64,000 nt of DNA from assembly GCA_037379345.1 (NCBI GenBank), contig CM074514.1, positions 37,386,001 through 37,450,000 of the forward strand. Reading direction: 5' to 3'. This DNA comes from Perna viridis (lineage: Eukaryota). Positions 61,656 through 64,000 of the stretch are shown here, piece after piece. Each line of letters starts with the position of its first letter. The stretch's first letter is position 1. Below the pieces are notes generated by a model. It made no database searches and was not told where the DNA came from. It saw only the letters and a program-made list of their open reading frames with translations. Made by a program: the position numbers and the translations under genes.

Positions 61656-64000
61656 CGGAACACCCTTGAAGTGTAGTTTAATTGTATGATATGATGAATA
61701 TCTGTATGAGATACAGTATCAAACGTATGTCACCCGCGGGCCTGAGGGAGATTTACCTGTCTCACCAAACTTGTAAGCAGGTCTAGTTTTTTTCAATGAT
61801 TGTAAACGGAAAACCCTTTTGATAGAATATCAAGGGAGTAGGTGCATGTATTCTGTACTGTGCTGTAGTTATGCTTTGAAGTAAGACCAAGTCAGTTTTA
61901 AGTGCATGAACTGATTTTCAGACAGGTTAAAAAAAAATACTGTCAGACATCCAAACTATGCAACTCTTCAAATTACTTCAGAATGTTTAGAAAAAGTAGT
62001 AGTTAAATGTTCAGTTGATGAAGAATGCATCAGGAAATTTCAAATTTCTGTCAAGTATTGTCTTATATTATGAAGTCTTCCTTTACATAAAATATTGTTG
62101 TTATCCTTCAAACCTGTCTGTTTCTATATTTTGTTTGTTCATCAGTTGTATCTTTTCTTTATTTATTAGATTGAAATAATACCGTTACGTGAAAAATATA
62201 TCCATTACAATCTATATATATATATATATATATAAATGTAGTTTTTGTCTATTTTCTTAAGCCAAAAGAGGGGGGACCTATATATTTTTATGACTTAAAA
62301 AATTTCTTCCCAAGACCAAGATAAATATCTGACCAAAGTTTGTGATCTAGTGGTATTGTAAATTCTCATCAAATCGTATGACTTCCTACTGCGATAGACA
62401 ACAAGAACAATCCAACAGTTGACTGGCCTAAGATGTCCACAGGCTTTATGTATTTGACAGATGACCAAGAAAATCATGTACCTTTTGTTATAGATCTGTT
62501 ATGCGTACTATTTCCCATTATAAGGGTTCAGATATCACTATATATAACCATGTTCCCCTTACAATAAACTCCCACTTTTATTTAATGTATTTAGTATGGG
62601 TCTGTATAAAAATCAGGCAGGATATGATTCCTCAAATCTCAAGATAATCAGTGCAACTGTTTTAATACATTTGTAATGTCCTTAAAACACCTATTCCTGT
62701 GTTCATTTCCTTAGATTGACTGCATACCACAAAATAATGTTTGACTGGTTGCCATGTAAAAAGTTTGGTTTGAAATTTTCCAGTGTTTTTCTATAATAGA
62801 ACATAACTTCAAGTGTTATTATCTTCAGTGACCAAGTTTCATTTGCCTTCAGCTTCTATAAGGCCTTCTGAAGGATTTCCTATCAAAATTTATATGGGAT
62901 TAAGATATCCATGAGCTTCTGCCTGTCTTTAAAGCAGAGCTGTGCTTAAATCTCTGATCAATAATTGGAAGCTTCTGTACAAGTTACAATGTGGGAAAAT
63001 GTCAATACAAGGAATCAAGTTTTTATAGCGTTTTAAAAAGTTCAATGGTTAAGTGTGATGGGATTTCAGCAGACAGTGTAAATGGATTTCATGACAGTGA
63101 CATGAAATATCTTTACGTACATGTGCATGCATGAAATGGAATAATTTATATACACCGTTACAAATTCCACACATAAATATTTTAATAGATCTTTTATTCA
63201 TTCTTTATTTGTTTATTCTAAGTAAGCATAAAGTATAACGTTTCTGTTTAGAAAAGAACATATTTTGATTCAGTTTTATGAGATTATAGCTAATTTAAAA
63301 CTTGAAATGTTTAAAAGTAAACTATACATAAATTTGCTTTATAAGTCTGATCTGTTATCACATGTTTCTATATGAAATATAGTCAGGTAGGTTTTACTCA
63401 GAGGTGAAGAATGAAGTAGGATTTCAATTTATAATACATGTGACTAAATCATGACTTGGGAAAGCTATTTATAGCTATGAGAAATAGTGACTGTGCTTAT
63501 TATGTTTTATAAATGATTTTTTTAGAGGGTTTATAGTAGTAAATGTTTGAAGTATATCTTTAATTTTCTGGATATTTGTCCATCCACAGTACTAACTTGA
63601 TCTTGAACTTTGTTGTGTGTTATTATTTTCCTGCTTCACACCATTGAAGCTGACTGTTCTTTTGAGTATTCTCAAACTTACTTGAAAATGAAAATGAATG
63701 AAACAGGTATGATTAAATTCCTAAGTTTAAGTTGAAAGTTGTGGGTCTATATTTTCCACCCATTACTCTAAAACCAGCCCTTCCCTTTTTGCCTGATTTT
63801 CTCTCGGAATAAAAAGTTATGTTTGAAAGACAAACTCCAACCTCAAGCTATCACTAGAAATTAACAGTTCTGCACATTCCTTGTGATAAACATAACACAG
63901 CTGTTCGGACGAGGTCTGACCTCATTGTCACCCACACACCTAATCAATGTAAGGAGATGGTATAAATCTCTTGATATAAGCTGATAATTGTCTTGTTAGG

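Noticed and set aside
1-64000. Conserved miRNA, rRNA or snRNA genes; intact transposase, integrase or viral ORFs
   Set aside because: None recognised by eye and no long non-repetitive ORF in the track; an Rfam/miRBase scan would be needed to exclude small RNAs.

Overview
Very AT-rich, CpG-poor eukaryotic DNA. The repeat types (Meta-domain-like SINEs, Helentron-associated HINE-like elements, Naiad-type Penelope fragments) point to a bivalve mollusc; this is an inference from repeat types only. No intact gene, rRNA, bona fide tRNA or CRISPR array is visible, and almost every ORF in the track is a chance ORF or comes from a tandem repeat. The window reads as a long intron or intergenic region packed with non-autonomous TEs: two TA-flanked MITE families, three TTAA-flanked Kolobok-like families, Harbinger- and P-like MITEs, and HINE-like elements. 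It also holds seven copies of the 3' end of a Penelope-like retroelement (one with a 141-aa RT C-terminus), RTE LINE tails, SINEs and seven minisatellites. A few short + strand segments with good splice signals may be exons of a large host transcript. Best leads: a conserved multi-stem RNA right after the Penelope-like ORF, an excess of TACATGTA octamers matching the excision footprint of a resident MITE, a MITE-internal 33-bp array with a 165-bp higher-order repeat, an isolated 38-bp long-range inverted repeat, and candidate recursive splice sites. I found no convincing novel protein-coding system.
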